From NCBI GenBank assembly GCA_004431415.1, contig QPMI01000452.1, positions 124,001 through 188,000 on the forward strand: a stretch of DNA of 64,000 nt, read 5' to 3'. The notes beneath the pieces were generated by a model. That model did not search any database, was not told where the DNA came from, and worked only from the letters and a program-made list of their open reading frames with translations. The translations under genes and the position numbers were made by a program. Within the stretch, counting starts at the first letter, position 1. Each line of letters begins with the position of its first letter. Positions 51,011-61,609 of this stretch are shown in pieces. The DNA is from Cyanophora paradoxa CCMP329 (lineage: Eukaryota > Plantae > Glaucophyta).

Positions 51011-51326
51011 TATATATTGGATTTATATCTTTACATTTAATTACAATGTTTACAGAGTCACTGAGTAGACTCGGAGATCTTTGATTTAGCGCCGCGGCGA
51101 TGCCACTGGCTACCAGTGCCTACCACTGAGCTGTGCCGCGCGATGGCCATGGTCGGAATGGCCCCAATGCATTTGTGAATTTGTGAAAAAGTGGGAATTC
51201 CCGAGTCCTTGCGCTATGGAGAGGAATTCCTACATGTGTTCGTTCGTATATACATGTGTATCCTTCGTCTGTTGAATGCAGACGGAGCGTCGAGCCCGAA
51301 GCCGCGTGCCGTGTGCGGCGGGGCGC

Positions 51327-53183
51327 TCAGATGGGGGACGCGGAGACGGAGACGGAGCAGCCGGGGCCCACCGCCGAGCAGACCGTCCACTCGCACAGCC
51401 TCTGCCCCGCGGCCGACGCGCGCGCTCAGCCCAGCCGGCGGCGGGCGGGCGGGGCTGGGCGCTCAGCTGCAGCGCACCGCGAGCTGCTCGGCGTCCCAGC
51501 GGGCGGACTGGGAGACGAGCTGGAGGCGCAGGGAGCGGAGCGCCGGGAGCGAGGCCACTAGCGCCCGCGCCGCATGCACCGAGATCGGCCCCGCCGGCCC
51601 CTGCCGCGCCCGTTCGCCATGCGGCCACGGGACAGAGGGGGGTGGCGCACCTCGGGCGCGTCGTGCGGAGCGGGGGCCCCGGCGGCGGGCTGGGGACGCC
51701 GGGGCCGGCGAGGCAGACGCGGAGGTCGAGGTGGGCGAGGGCGGGGTGCGGGGGGCGCGGGGCGGCGGGGAGGGCGGCGGGCGGGGCGCGGAGGAGGAGG
51801 CGGAGGGAGCGAAGGGCGGGGAGGGCGAGGAGGGGGCGAGGGCGGCGGGGGCGGCGGCGGAGGCGGCGGGGTCGAGGGCGAGGGCGAGCTCGGCGAGGCG
51901 CGGGGCGAAGGGCGCCGCCGCGAGGCGCGCGGGGAGCCCCGCGGGGAGGTCCCCGAAGGCCTCCAGCCCCAGCGCCGCCAGCCCCGCCGGCCCCTCCGCC
52001 CCGCCAGCGCCTGCCCGCCGGCTTTGAGCGACGGCGCCGGGGCGGGCGGGGCGGGGCGGGGCTGGGGGGCGGGCCTCGAGGCAGGCGGCGGGGGCGAGGA
52101 CGCGGGCGCAGGGCCCCAGCGAGAACGTCTCGAGCCGCCGCCAGCCCTGCGCGCGCGAGGGGGGTACGGGGCGGCGGGCGGGGGCGCGGGGCGGCGCACG
52201 CGGAGGAGGCGGGCGAGGGTCGCGGGGTCGAGGGAGAAGCCCCAGTTCGCCTGCGCCGGCCCCGCCCCGCGTGCGTCGGATCGGCCTGGCGGGCGGGCGG
52301 GCCGGGGCGGGCGGGCGGACGGAGAAGCGGCGGAGGGCGGCAAGGGCGGCGAGCTCGCCGACGACGGCGGCGGAGGGACGCACGCCGGCAGCCCGTTCGC
52401 CAGGTCCCCCAGCTCCAGCTCCTCCAGCCCCCGCATCTGGCCCGCCCCCGCGCTCGGCCCCGCCCTCGGCCCCGGCCCCCGGCCCGGCGTGCGGCGCGGG
52501 GCGGGCGGGGCGGCGGGCCTCGGAGATCGCGAGGAGGGCGCCGATGTGCAGCCCGTGGCACGCCCGCAGGTCGAGCCGCACCAGCGGCAGCCGCCGCAGC
52601 GCGCACAGCGCCGGCGGCGACGGCGCCGGCGCCCGCGCGAGCGCCGCCCGCTCGAAGCCCAGCGCGTGCAGCTCCCATTCCGTTCGGCCGGCTCCGCCCA
52701 GCTGCGAGGTCGTCACAAGGCTCACGTCCGACGCCAGCGGCGCCAGCCTGCGCGCACGGCGCGCGCGCATTCAGAACCACATCTACCGATCGCGCGCGGC
52801 GGGGGCTCTAGGAATGCGGTGCAGGTCGCATAGCTAAGCATCATTGCCGCGCACCGGATTGTGTTCTCGATGTACGAGGCCTGCGCCGTCTGCGGGCCGC
52901 GCAACGCGATGCTGACCCGCTGCCACGTCGCCGCGCAACGAACGATGCGGCGCAGCGCGCGGCACGCGCGCCCGACGGTGCGGCGCGCGGTTTCAACATT
53001 GTAATCGCACGCCGCAGCGACGATGGCGCTGAGCACGCCGTCGGGCAGATCGAGCAGCGATGTTGAATTCGAACCCGCGCGAATGCCAGGCTCGGAACTG
53101 CGCCGGCGGCGGCGCTTCGCCTGCGCGCACACGCAGCCTGCGACGCCCTCGGCCATGCGCTCTACGGAGGCGCTGGCCCCCAT
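51327..53183 (-). CDS. F-box protein with degenerate leucine-rich repeats
   Basis: F-box SLLDLPDGVLSAIVAAA...VGRACRALRRIV...W. LRR-like LRRLPLVRLDLRACHGL, GLEELELG, LPALRSLRL. Last exon RLCEWTVCSAVGPGCSVSVSASPI*. Start could be 53156. Confidence 0.75.
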
Positions 53184-53236
53184 TTCGGCGGGTGGGTGGG
53201 GTGTAGCCCCCGAACCAGCAAAAAAAAGTGACGCGA

Positions 53237-55503
53237 ATGCAGGCCTTCACGCAGCCCTCGCCGGCGCCCGCCAGACTGCGCAGCAGCTTCCTGCCTACCT
53301 CTGTCTCACACAGCTCGCGTCCCAGCTCGCTGCAGCAGGTACGCCGTCGCACAATCAATATCCATGACAGGCTGCCGAGCTCACGAGTACGCGCGAAGCA
53401 ATGCCAGCGGCAGGCTTCCCGCTCCGTGCACACCGGATCTGGCCGGCGGTCGCGCTTCGAGCCCGCGCGTGCCGAAATCAAGTACGACGAGAAGCTGACC
53501 GTGTGAGCGGCGGAGCGCCGCGAGCAGCCGGCCAGCTGCGCCTTCTGATCGCCTCGCGGCCTGCAGGGAGGACATCGCGCGGGAGGACGTCGCCCGGGCG
53601 GGAGACGGTGAGATCGGCTTCGCCTCGCGGCTCGTCAGCGGCCTGCTCGGTATCAAGCCGCTATGGGAGTTCGCCAAGGTGCAGGCGCGCAAGAAGCTGA
53701 TCAACAGCGCGAGTACGCGAGCCGACCCCCTCCCCCGCCGCGACGCCCGCAACCGAAGCGCGCGCGACGCGGCCGCCCCGCCACCGCAGTGTCCGTGGGT
53801 GTGGATTGGATCGCTGAAGTCGAGAAGATGCGCCAGCACGACTGGGATGCTGAGGTTCGCTCCCCGTCCTCTCACCCCGGCCGCCGGGCGCCCTGCCCGC
53901 CCCGCCGGCCCGCCCGCCCGCCCGCCCTCGCGCGGTTGCGATCGAGCCGCCTGCCCACCCGCCGACCCGCCGGCCGCGCGCAGATGGCGAAGCTGAAGCT
54001 TAGCGACGTCGAGTACCCCGAGTACTTCCTGAAGCCCTTCCACGCCTACGACACGGGTGCGCGGCCGGCCAGACAACGGTGTCGGCTGGAGTCCGATCCG
54101 AGCTGGAATTCGATCCAGGGAACATGAATTGGGAGGCTGCGTTCGAGCAGGAGCTGGCGCTTGTCGCCATCGGGACCCGCGACTTCCCCGGCGCCGGCAC
54201 CAAGGGCGTCAAGGTCCGCCCGGCGCCCGCCCGCCCCGCCCGCCCCAGCTCCCCGCGGGGCCCCCGCCCTCTAGTCCTCTTCTGCGGTATTGTAAGCGCG
54301 CCCGCTGCCCTCTGGGCAATGGCTCGCATCGGCCGCGGCCGGCTGGGACGGAGCGCTGACCGGCGGGGGCCCTGGCGCGGCAGGTGATCCGGGAGTCGTA
54401 CCACCGGCTCCTCCGCGTGGCGTACGGCATGCCCGACGCCAGCGCCGACGTCGACCCCACCCTCGACCCGTGCGCCCCGCCCGCCCCCCTCTTTCCTCGC
54501 CCCGCCTCGCGCGGGGGCAGGCCCGACGGGGGGGCAGGGTGCGGGGCCTGGCGCAGGGGGCGCCCCTCCCGCGCCGCATCGTGGACCTCGGCTGCGGGAC
54601 GGGTATGTCCGCCATCGGCCTCGCTGAGGTCTTCCCCGACGCCCGCGTCACCGTCCGCCCGCCCCCGCCGTTCTCCGCTGTACCCCCGGGCCCGCCCTCA
54701 CTCTCGTACCCCTGCCCCGCAGGGCGTCGACCTCTCGCCGTACTTCCTCGCGGCCGCGAACTACCGCCTGGACCGCTGCGACCCCTCCGTGCCCCGGTAC
54801 CCCTCCGCCCCACTCGCGTTGGTGTACCCCACCGCCTCAATCGTCCCCCGCGGCAGCGGCCAGGTTGAATTCATCCACGCGAACGCCGAGACGACCGGCT
54901 TGCCCTCGGTGCCCCCCTCTCTCTTTTCGATTCGCGTACCCCCCGAGTTCGACCGGGCGCGGCGCAGGGCGAGGCGGACCTCGTCACGCTCCTGTACACC
55001 ATCCACGAGCTGCCCCGCTACGCTACCACCGCCATCCTCGGTACCCCCCTCGACGCGCCGTACCCCCTCGCCGCCTTCGTCTCATCGGCGTACCCGCCAG
55101 GCGAGGCGCGGAGGCTGTTGAAGCCCGGCGGCCTCCTGCTCATCGCCGACCAGGCGCGCGGATCCCGGATCCCGGATTCCCGTACCCCGCTCTGGCTGAG
55201 ACGGCGTACCCCCCTCGTCTCCCGCAGAACCCGACGTCGGAGGCGTACGCCCAGATGTCGCCGGCGGCCTTCACCGTCTTTAAGGCGACCGAGCCCTGGA
55301 TGGGGGACTACTTCAGTGCGCGCCGCCGCCGCCGCCCCAGCGCGCCGGCGCCGGCGCCGGGGCGGCCTCTCACGGGGGCGGGCCGGGGCATGCATGCAGG
55401 CTGGACGGAGCTGCCGGAGGCGATCGAGGGGGCGGGCTTCACGAAGCCGGCGCGGGTCTTCACCTCCCGCAAGCACCACGCCATGCTCATGCGCGCCCTC
55501 TAG
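53237..55503 (+). CDS. Class I SAM-dependent methyltransferase, cyanobacterial type, with putative plastid transit peptide
   Basis: Spliced motifs ASRLVSGLLGIKPLWEFAKVQAR, YPEYFLKPFHAYDTGNMNWEAAFE, RIVDLGCGTG, GVDLSPYFL, HANAETTGLP, TIHELP, LLKPGG, ATEPW. N-terminus MQAF followed by an S/R/P-rich leader. Confidence 0.92.
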
Positions 55504-55755
55504 CCCGCCCCTCCACATCCGCTCCCGAGCCCGAGCTCGATCTAGAAGCTGTTGAGGCCCGAATCGTGAAGGAGCGAGGCCTGCTGCATGTGCCGGTCGC
55601 GTGGTCCCCCGGCCCGGCTAGTTTCAGGGCTGAGCCGCGCTGCGTGCGCTGCTGTACACGTTCAGATTATCGTACAGGGTGGATCACGGTGGGGCTCGGC
55701 CCGGGGGCCTCTGGCGGCCGAGCCTCGAGCCCCGGGCTCTGCGGCCGGGAGCCGC

Positions 55756-56516
55756 CTACAGGTCGAACTGCTCGAAGGAGGCCTCCGAGGCGTCCGACGC
55801 GAGGATCTGAGGACCGAAGTTCGATCCGAGGCGTGAGGGTTTTGGGGACGGGGCGGGGCGGGGCGGACGTCGTCGGCGGTGTGGTCGGCGTCGAGGGCGG
55901 CGGGGGCGCCCTCCTCGGCGGCGAGCACGGCCATGACGTCGCTGTCCAGCATCCCCTCCGGCACGTCTGCTCGGAGGAGCGCGCCGTCGGCGGGGGCGAG
56001 GGCGAGAGGAGAGGCGGAAGGAGGGCGGGCGGGCGGGGCGCACGCTCGGAGCACTCGCCCTCGTGGAGCGAGCCGGCGAACTTGGCCAGGGCGTCCGCGC
56101 GCGTGAAGGGCTCGGTGAAGAGCCCCGAGTCCTGCCACGCGCACTTCAGGCCGCAGAAGTTGCCTGCCGCCCGCCCCGCCCCGCCCCGCCCGAGGTCAGC
56201 GTCAGGTCCAGCTGGCGAGGCCAGCCGGGCGCGGCCGGCGGTGGTGCCCGCCTAAATCTTCCCCTCCTGCGCAGGTTGCGCACCGTACTCGCGCCACACG
56301 CCGTCGGGGCCCTGGGCACCGCCTGAACGTCAGCGGCGCCCATGGCCACGTCGCTGGCCAGCCGGCGGCCGGCGCACCTTGAAGCAGACCGGGTCCCAGT
56401 TACGCGGGCAGACGCACTGCGACGAAGGGCGATCGGCCCGGGCGGTCAGCCGAGCGGCGTATTGTGCAGTAACGGGCGCGGGTCGGACGCACGTCGGGGT
56501 TCTCCTGGCTCGTCAT
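55756..56516 (-). CDS. Atypical Kazal-domain protein 2 (P1 Arg) with acidic tail, 6 exons, ~120 aa
   Basis: Five GT-AG introns give MTSQENPD|CVCPRNWDPVCFK|GPDGVWREY|GNFCGLKCAWQDSGLFTEPFTRADALAKFAGSLHEGECSE|HVPEGMLDSD...HTADD|ILASDASEASFEQFDL*. Confidence 0.85.
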
Positions 56517-57077
56517 GTCTGAACGAGAAATTGACGAAGGACGTACGGCGAAGCGGGCTTTGCTGGTTCTCTATAGCTAGCGCGATCTAGCTCGGCTCCC
56601 AATCACGCGTACCCCCTCCCGGCAGGCGGGCTGAGGCGGCGGCCTGCAGCTGGCGGCCTGAGGCGGCCCGGCGGGCTGAGCTCGAGGCAGCAAGAGCGCG
56701 AGCGCCGCGGCGGGCCTCGATCGTCGAGAATTAAATATATTCGAACCGAGCTCGAGGCCTAGGGCCTGGGCCGGGGGCTCCGCCGCCGCCGCGGAGGCGC
56801 CGCGCGCGCCGCGCCGCGCCGCGCCTGCGGCGCCGCCCGCCCTCCAAATCGATCTAGATCCGGATCCGGAAGCACTCTTGGAGTTCAGGCAGTCTCTTAT
56901 CATTCATTCAAGCTTAAGACGCCGACGTTACGATCGCGAGGAGCCGAGGGACGTCCCCTTGGCCATGGCAACGGAGGGGCGCAGCGCGATGCTCTGCGGT
57001 AAGCGCGCGGCGACAAAGGTCGGAAACGGACGGAGGGGTTAACCGTTCTCTAGATTGAACGTTCGCTTCTCACTGAG

Positions 57078-59326
57078 TCACTCACCCTGGCCGTGGAGTA
57101 CCGAGAAAACGCCGTCCGCGCCGGGTTCGCAAAGCCCTGGAGGGGTACAGCGTTGGAGAAGCGGGGTGGTACGGGACGGAAGGAGAGGTACCCCGTGGCC
57201 CGTCAGGATGACCTCGGTTGCGCGGATGGCCTTAGGAGAAGCGAGCAGGCGCTCGAGGAACCTGGGGGGTACAGGAATTTACTCTTTGGTAGGGACAACA
57301 GGAAGGGGGTACAGGAACCTCGCGACTTCGGGTGCGTGCGAGCTTCGGGGGGCCGTCATTCGAATATGGGCTCCTTCGGGCATCGAATCCGCGAGGGTGG
57401 CGATGAAGGCTGGGGGGTACAGGACCTCAAACTAGGAATTGAAGCAGATGGGTACGTATGGGATTGGAAGACGCACGCGCGGCCGTGAGGAAGGAGTCGG
57501 TGTCGTATTGACTAACGAAGAGCTGCCTGAGGGCGGGGCGCACGGCCGAGTCTGGTGGATACGTCAAAGAAGAGGGGGTGCGATCATAGAGGGAGAGCGG
57601 ACGCGTAAGCCACCGCCAGAAGGCGGCATCGAAGCGGCAGGACCGGATCTCGAGCCTGGGGTGCGGGATTGAGCTCGAGAGGGGCGGGGTGCGATGGGAA
57701 GGGGGTACCGCTCGACGGATTCGAGGGCGTGGGAGGGCCAGGGGCCGGCGAGGGTGCAGCTGCAGGAGAGAACGACGGGGCCGGGGCCCCCGGGCGGGCG
57801 CCGCAGGAGGGCGCCCACGGCAGAGGCGGCGTTTAAGTCCAGGCGGCAGTCGGAGACCCGGAGGTGGCGGGCGCTGTACCCCGCCGAGGCCAGCGCCCTC
57901 AGCGTACCCCCCTCCGCCGCAAAGTCTGCGACGGAGAGGGAGCGGACGGCCCGCAGCTTCGGGGCCCGCGCCCTCAGCTGGTCCACGGAGATCCGCTCCC
58001 CGTCCGGCGGCCCGACGGTGACCGACCCCGCCGTCTCCAGCGCGGGCAGGAGGCCCCGGTGCAGGGGTATGTCGATGTACCCGTGCCCGTCGGGGTACTG
58101 GACGCTGAAGTCCTTGAGGAGGGGCAGGCGCATGGCGAGGGCCTGCCGAGGCGTCGTGCACGTGAGGGGGCGGGAAAGGCTGCGGGCGAGACCCGAGAGG
58201 GCGCACCAGGCAGGCGTCGTCGATGCCGTACAGCCGCCCGACCACGATGGAGAGCCGTTCGACTCCGGGGGGGACCGCTTCCCCGATCGCCAGGATTCGA
58301 TCCGCGGCCCGCCGGCTGCCGCGAACCCCAACACTCAACCAACCGAGGGCGCGGAATTAGATCCGAATTCGAAGGCGCACTGCCCGGAGTAGGAGACGTC
58401 CTCGAAGAGCCACTCGAGGGCGAGGTCCCGGAGGCCGGCGCAGAGCGGGGACCGCAGAGCGCAGGCCGCGGCGTCGGGGGGGACGGTGCCGGGCGGCGGC
58501 GGGATCCTCTTCGGCCTCGAGGAGGATCCGTACTGGTGCTTCCGCCGGAAGTTCGAGGGGCCGGCGCCGCCGGACTCGTCCGGGAGCCAGATCCTGCGCC
58601 CCAGGCCGCCCGCTCGCTCCCGGAGAAGAAGAAGCAGGGCAAGGCGGGGGGCGGACCGGAAGGCGGCGGCGGGGCTGGGGGGGGGCCCCAGCGCGGCGGC
58701 GCGCCAGGAGCGGCTGACGCGGGCGAGGCGGGCGCGGTCCTGCACGGGGACTTGCGCCAGGACGACGGAGAGGAGCTCGTCCGGGAGGGGCCAGAAGCCC
58801 GGCCCCGGCTCCGGCTCGGCGGCGCCGGCCCCGGGCGAAGCGGGGGACGCAGCTGCAGGGGCCACGGGCGACGCCTCCGCCGCCGCGGGCGCTGCGGCTG
58901 GAGGAGGCGACGGTGCCGGCGAGACTGCGAGCTGCCGCTGCGGCCGGGAGCGGGAAGCTGCAGCCGCAGCCGTCGGAGCCGACGCGGGCCTGGGCCTGCT
59001 GGGCGCTGCCGCTGCGGTCTTCGGCCTGGGCGCCGCAGAAGCTGCGGCCTGCGGCCGGGAGCGGGGCGCCTGCAGCTGTGACGTCGAAGCCGCGGCTGAT
59101 GCGGGCCGGGCCGCCGATGTCGACGTCGACGTCGGCGGGCGGTCCTTCTGCGAGGTCCGCGCTGCTGCGGCCCCTGCGGCGCGTCAGCCGATCGCTTTTT
59201 ATGCGGTCGATGCCGCGGCGTGGCGGCCGCACCTTCGCGCTCCTTCAGCCTGGCGAGGGCCTCCACCCTCGCTCGCTCGTTCGTCTTCCGCAGTTTGCCC
59301 GCCGCCGGGGCGGCGCGGGGCTCCAT
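57078..59326 (-). CDS. F-box protein with Ala/Pro/Ser-rich N-terminus and degenerate LRR-like C-terminus; 3' end approximate
   Basis: F-box FWPLPDELLSVVLAQVPVQDRARLARVSRSWRAAA. Also LCAGLRDLALEW, LPLLKDFSV, APKLRAVRSLSV. Start MEPRAAPAAGKLRKTNE. Confidence 0.75.
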
Positions 59327-59567
59327 CGGTTGCTCGATCGCGTGCCTCTGCCTGCACCGCGACGCGGCGAGTGAGCTGGCGAACCCGGCGAAGTGTGTGG
59401 CCTTGCCGCTCAGCACGTATACGCCCAGCGGCGCAATGCGAGCGTTGGCGAACCTTGGAAGCTGCGGCCGCTCGGGTCGACCTTCACTGACGACCGTCGG
59501 ACAGAGAGAACACTAATCTAGTCGAACATGCGAGCCCGGCGCAGTCCATGAATTCGTGTATCCCCCC

Positions 59568-61160
59568 GCGCGCCTGCCGGGCCCTGCCCCAACTCGCGCG
59601 CTGCGCCGCATCGCGATCGTGCGCTGCGCGGCGACGTGGCGGTGGGCCAGCATCGCGCTGTGCGGCTCGCAGACGGCGCAGGCCTCCTACATCGAGAACA
59701 CAATCCGGTGCGCGGCAATGATGCTAAGCTAGGCGACCTGTGCAGCATTCCTAGAGCCCCCGCCGCGATCGGTAGATGTGGTTCTGAATGCGCGCGTGCG
59801 GGGCGCGCAGGCTGGCGCCGCTGGCGTCGGACGTGAGCCTCGTGACGACCTCGCAGCTGGGCGGAGCCGGCCGAACGGAATGGGAGCTGCACGCGCTGGG
59901 CTTCGAGCGGGCGGCGCTCGCGCGGGCGCCGGCGCCGTCGCCGCCGGCGCTGTGCGCGCTGCGGCGGCTGCCGCTGGTGCGGCTCGACCTGCGGGCGTGC
60001 CACGGTCTGCACATCGGCGCCCTCCTCGCGATCTCCGAGGCCCGCCGCCCCGCCCGCCCCCGCGCCGCACGCCGGGCCGGGGGCCGGGGCGCGGGCGGGC
60101 CGAGCGGGGCGGGCCAGATGCGGGGCTGGAGGAGCTGGAGCTGGGGGACCTGGCGAACGGGCTGCCGGCGTGCGTCCCCTCCGCCGCCGTCGTCGGCGAG
60201 CTCGCCGCCCTCGCCGCCCTCCGCCGCTTCTCCGTCCGTCCGCCCCGCCCCGCCCCGCCCCGCCCCGCCCCGCCCGCCCTGCCCGCCCCACACCGCCCGC
60301 CCTGCCCCGCCCCGCCCGCCCGCCCTGCCCGCCCCGCCCCGCCCGCCATGCCCCGCCCCGCCCCGCCCCGCCCCGCTCGCCCCGCCCGGCCCGACGCGCG
60401 CGGGGCCCCGGGGCGGGGCCGGCGCAGGCGAACTGGGGCTTCTCCCTCGACCCCGCGACCCTCGCCCGCCTCCTCCGTGTGCGCCTCCCCGCGCCCCCGC
60501 CCGCCGCCCCGTACCCCCCTCGCCCGCGCAGGGCTGGCGGCGGCTCGAGTCGTTCTCGCCGGGGCCCTGCGCCCGCGTCCTCGCCCCCGCCGCCTGCCTC
60601 GAGGCCCGCCCCGCCAGCCCCGCCCCGCCCGCCTGCCCCGGGGCCGGCGCTGAACCCGCGGGCAGGCGCTGGCGGGGCCGGAGGGCCGGCGGGGCTGGCG
60701 GCGCTGGGCTGGAGGCCTTCGGGGACCTGCCCGCGGGGCTCCCGCGCGCCTCGCGGCGGCGCCCTTCGCCCCGCGCCTCGCCGAGCTCGCCCTCGCCCTC
60801 GACCCGCCGCCTCCGCCGCCGCCCCCGCCGCCCTCGCCCCCCTCCTCGCCCTCCCCGCCCTCCGCTCCCTCCGCCTCCTCCTCCGCGCCCCGCCCGCCGC
60901 CCTCCCCGCGGCCCCGCGCCCCCCGCACCCCGCCCTCGCCCGCCTCGACCTCCGCGTCTGCCTCGCCGGCCCCGGCGCCCCCCGCCCGCCGCCGGGCCCC
61001 TGCCCCGCACGACGCGCCCGAGGTGCCGCCAGCCCCCCTCTGTCCCCTCGGCCTCCCGGGGCGGACGGGCGCGGCAGGGGGCGGCGGGGCCGATCTCGGT
61101 GCATGCGGCGCGGGCGCTAGTGGCCTCGCTCCCGGCGCTCCGCTCCCTGCGCCTCCAGCG
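59568..61160 (+). pseudogene. Inverted, truncated duplicate of the F-box/LRR gene at 51327-53183
   Basis: Reverse-complement similarity to ~51518-52975, including introns. The LPD part of the F-box is missing, the RACRAL region is frameshifted, and similarity stops after LRSLRLQ. Confidence 0.7.
60233..60395 (+). repeat. (CCCCG)n/(CCCG)n low-complexity expansion inside an intron
   Basis: This intron is ~190 nt, versus ~70 nt for its counterpart near 52250-52320. Confidence 0.85.
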
Positions 61161-61609
61161 TCTGCCTCGCCGGCCCTGGCATCCCCGCCCGCCGCCGAGG
61201 CCCCCGCCCCGCGTGACGCCCTCGAGGTGCTGTATACCCCCTCTGCCCTCTCCCTCCGTCGCCGGCCGCGGCCGGACTTGCGCGCTTTGGCCGCCCGACC
61301 TCGCGCCCCCTTTCCGGCGGGCGCCCCCCGGCGCGCCCCCTGGCTGCCAGGCTGCGCGCTGTCTTAAATTGATTTTCGCCTGTAAGTGCATTTCGCGCTT
61401 TCGATCGCAAATTCTGTGAACTTTGCTGTCGTAATGAATTTAAAGAGGAATCAGAGAATTCGAGGAGAGAATTCGAATATCTAAATCGAATTCAGGAGCT
61501 CGAGAGAATATCTTTGATCTAGCTAGAAGCTCGGATAAACTTACAGGGGCAGGATCGAGGAGGAGCTCGAGGAGGAGAAAAATCAAATTAAAAGCAGGGG
61601 AGCTCAATC

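Noticed and set aside
57095-57460. Semi-regular GGGGTACAGG copies as a CRISPR-like array
   Set aside because: The repeat is only 7-10 bp, spacing is irregular, it lies within a eukaryotic gene, and no cas genes are present.
51191-61419. Multiple overlapping 300-550 aa R/A/G/P-rich ORFs
   Set aside because: Stop codons are scarce at very high GC, and the spliced F-box genes explain the region.
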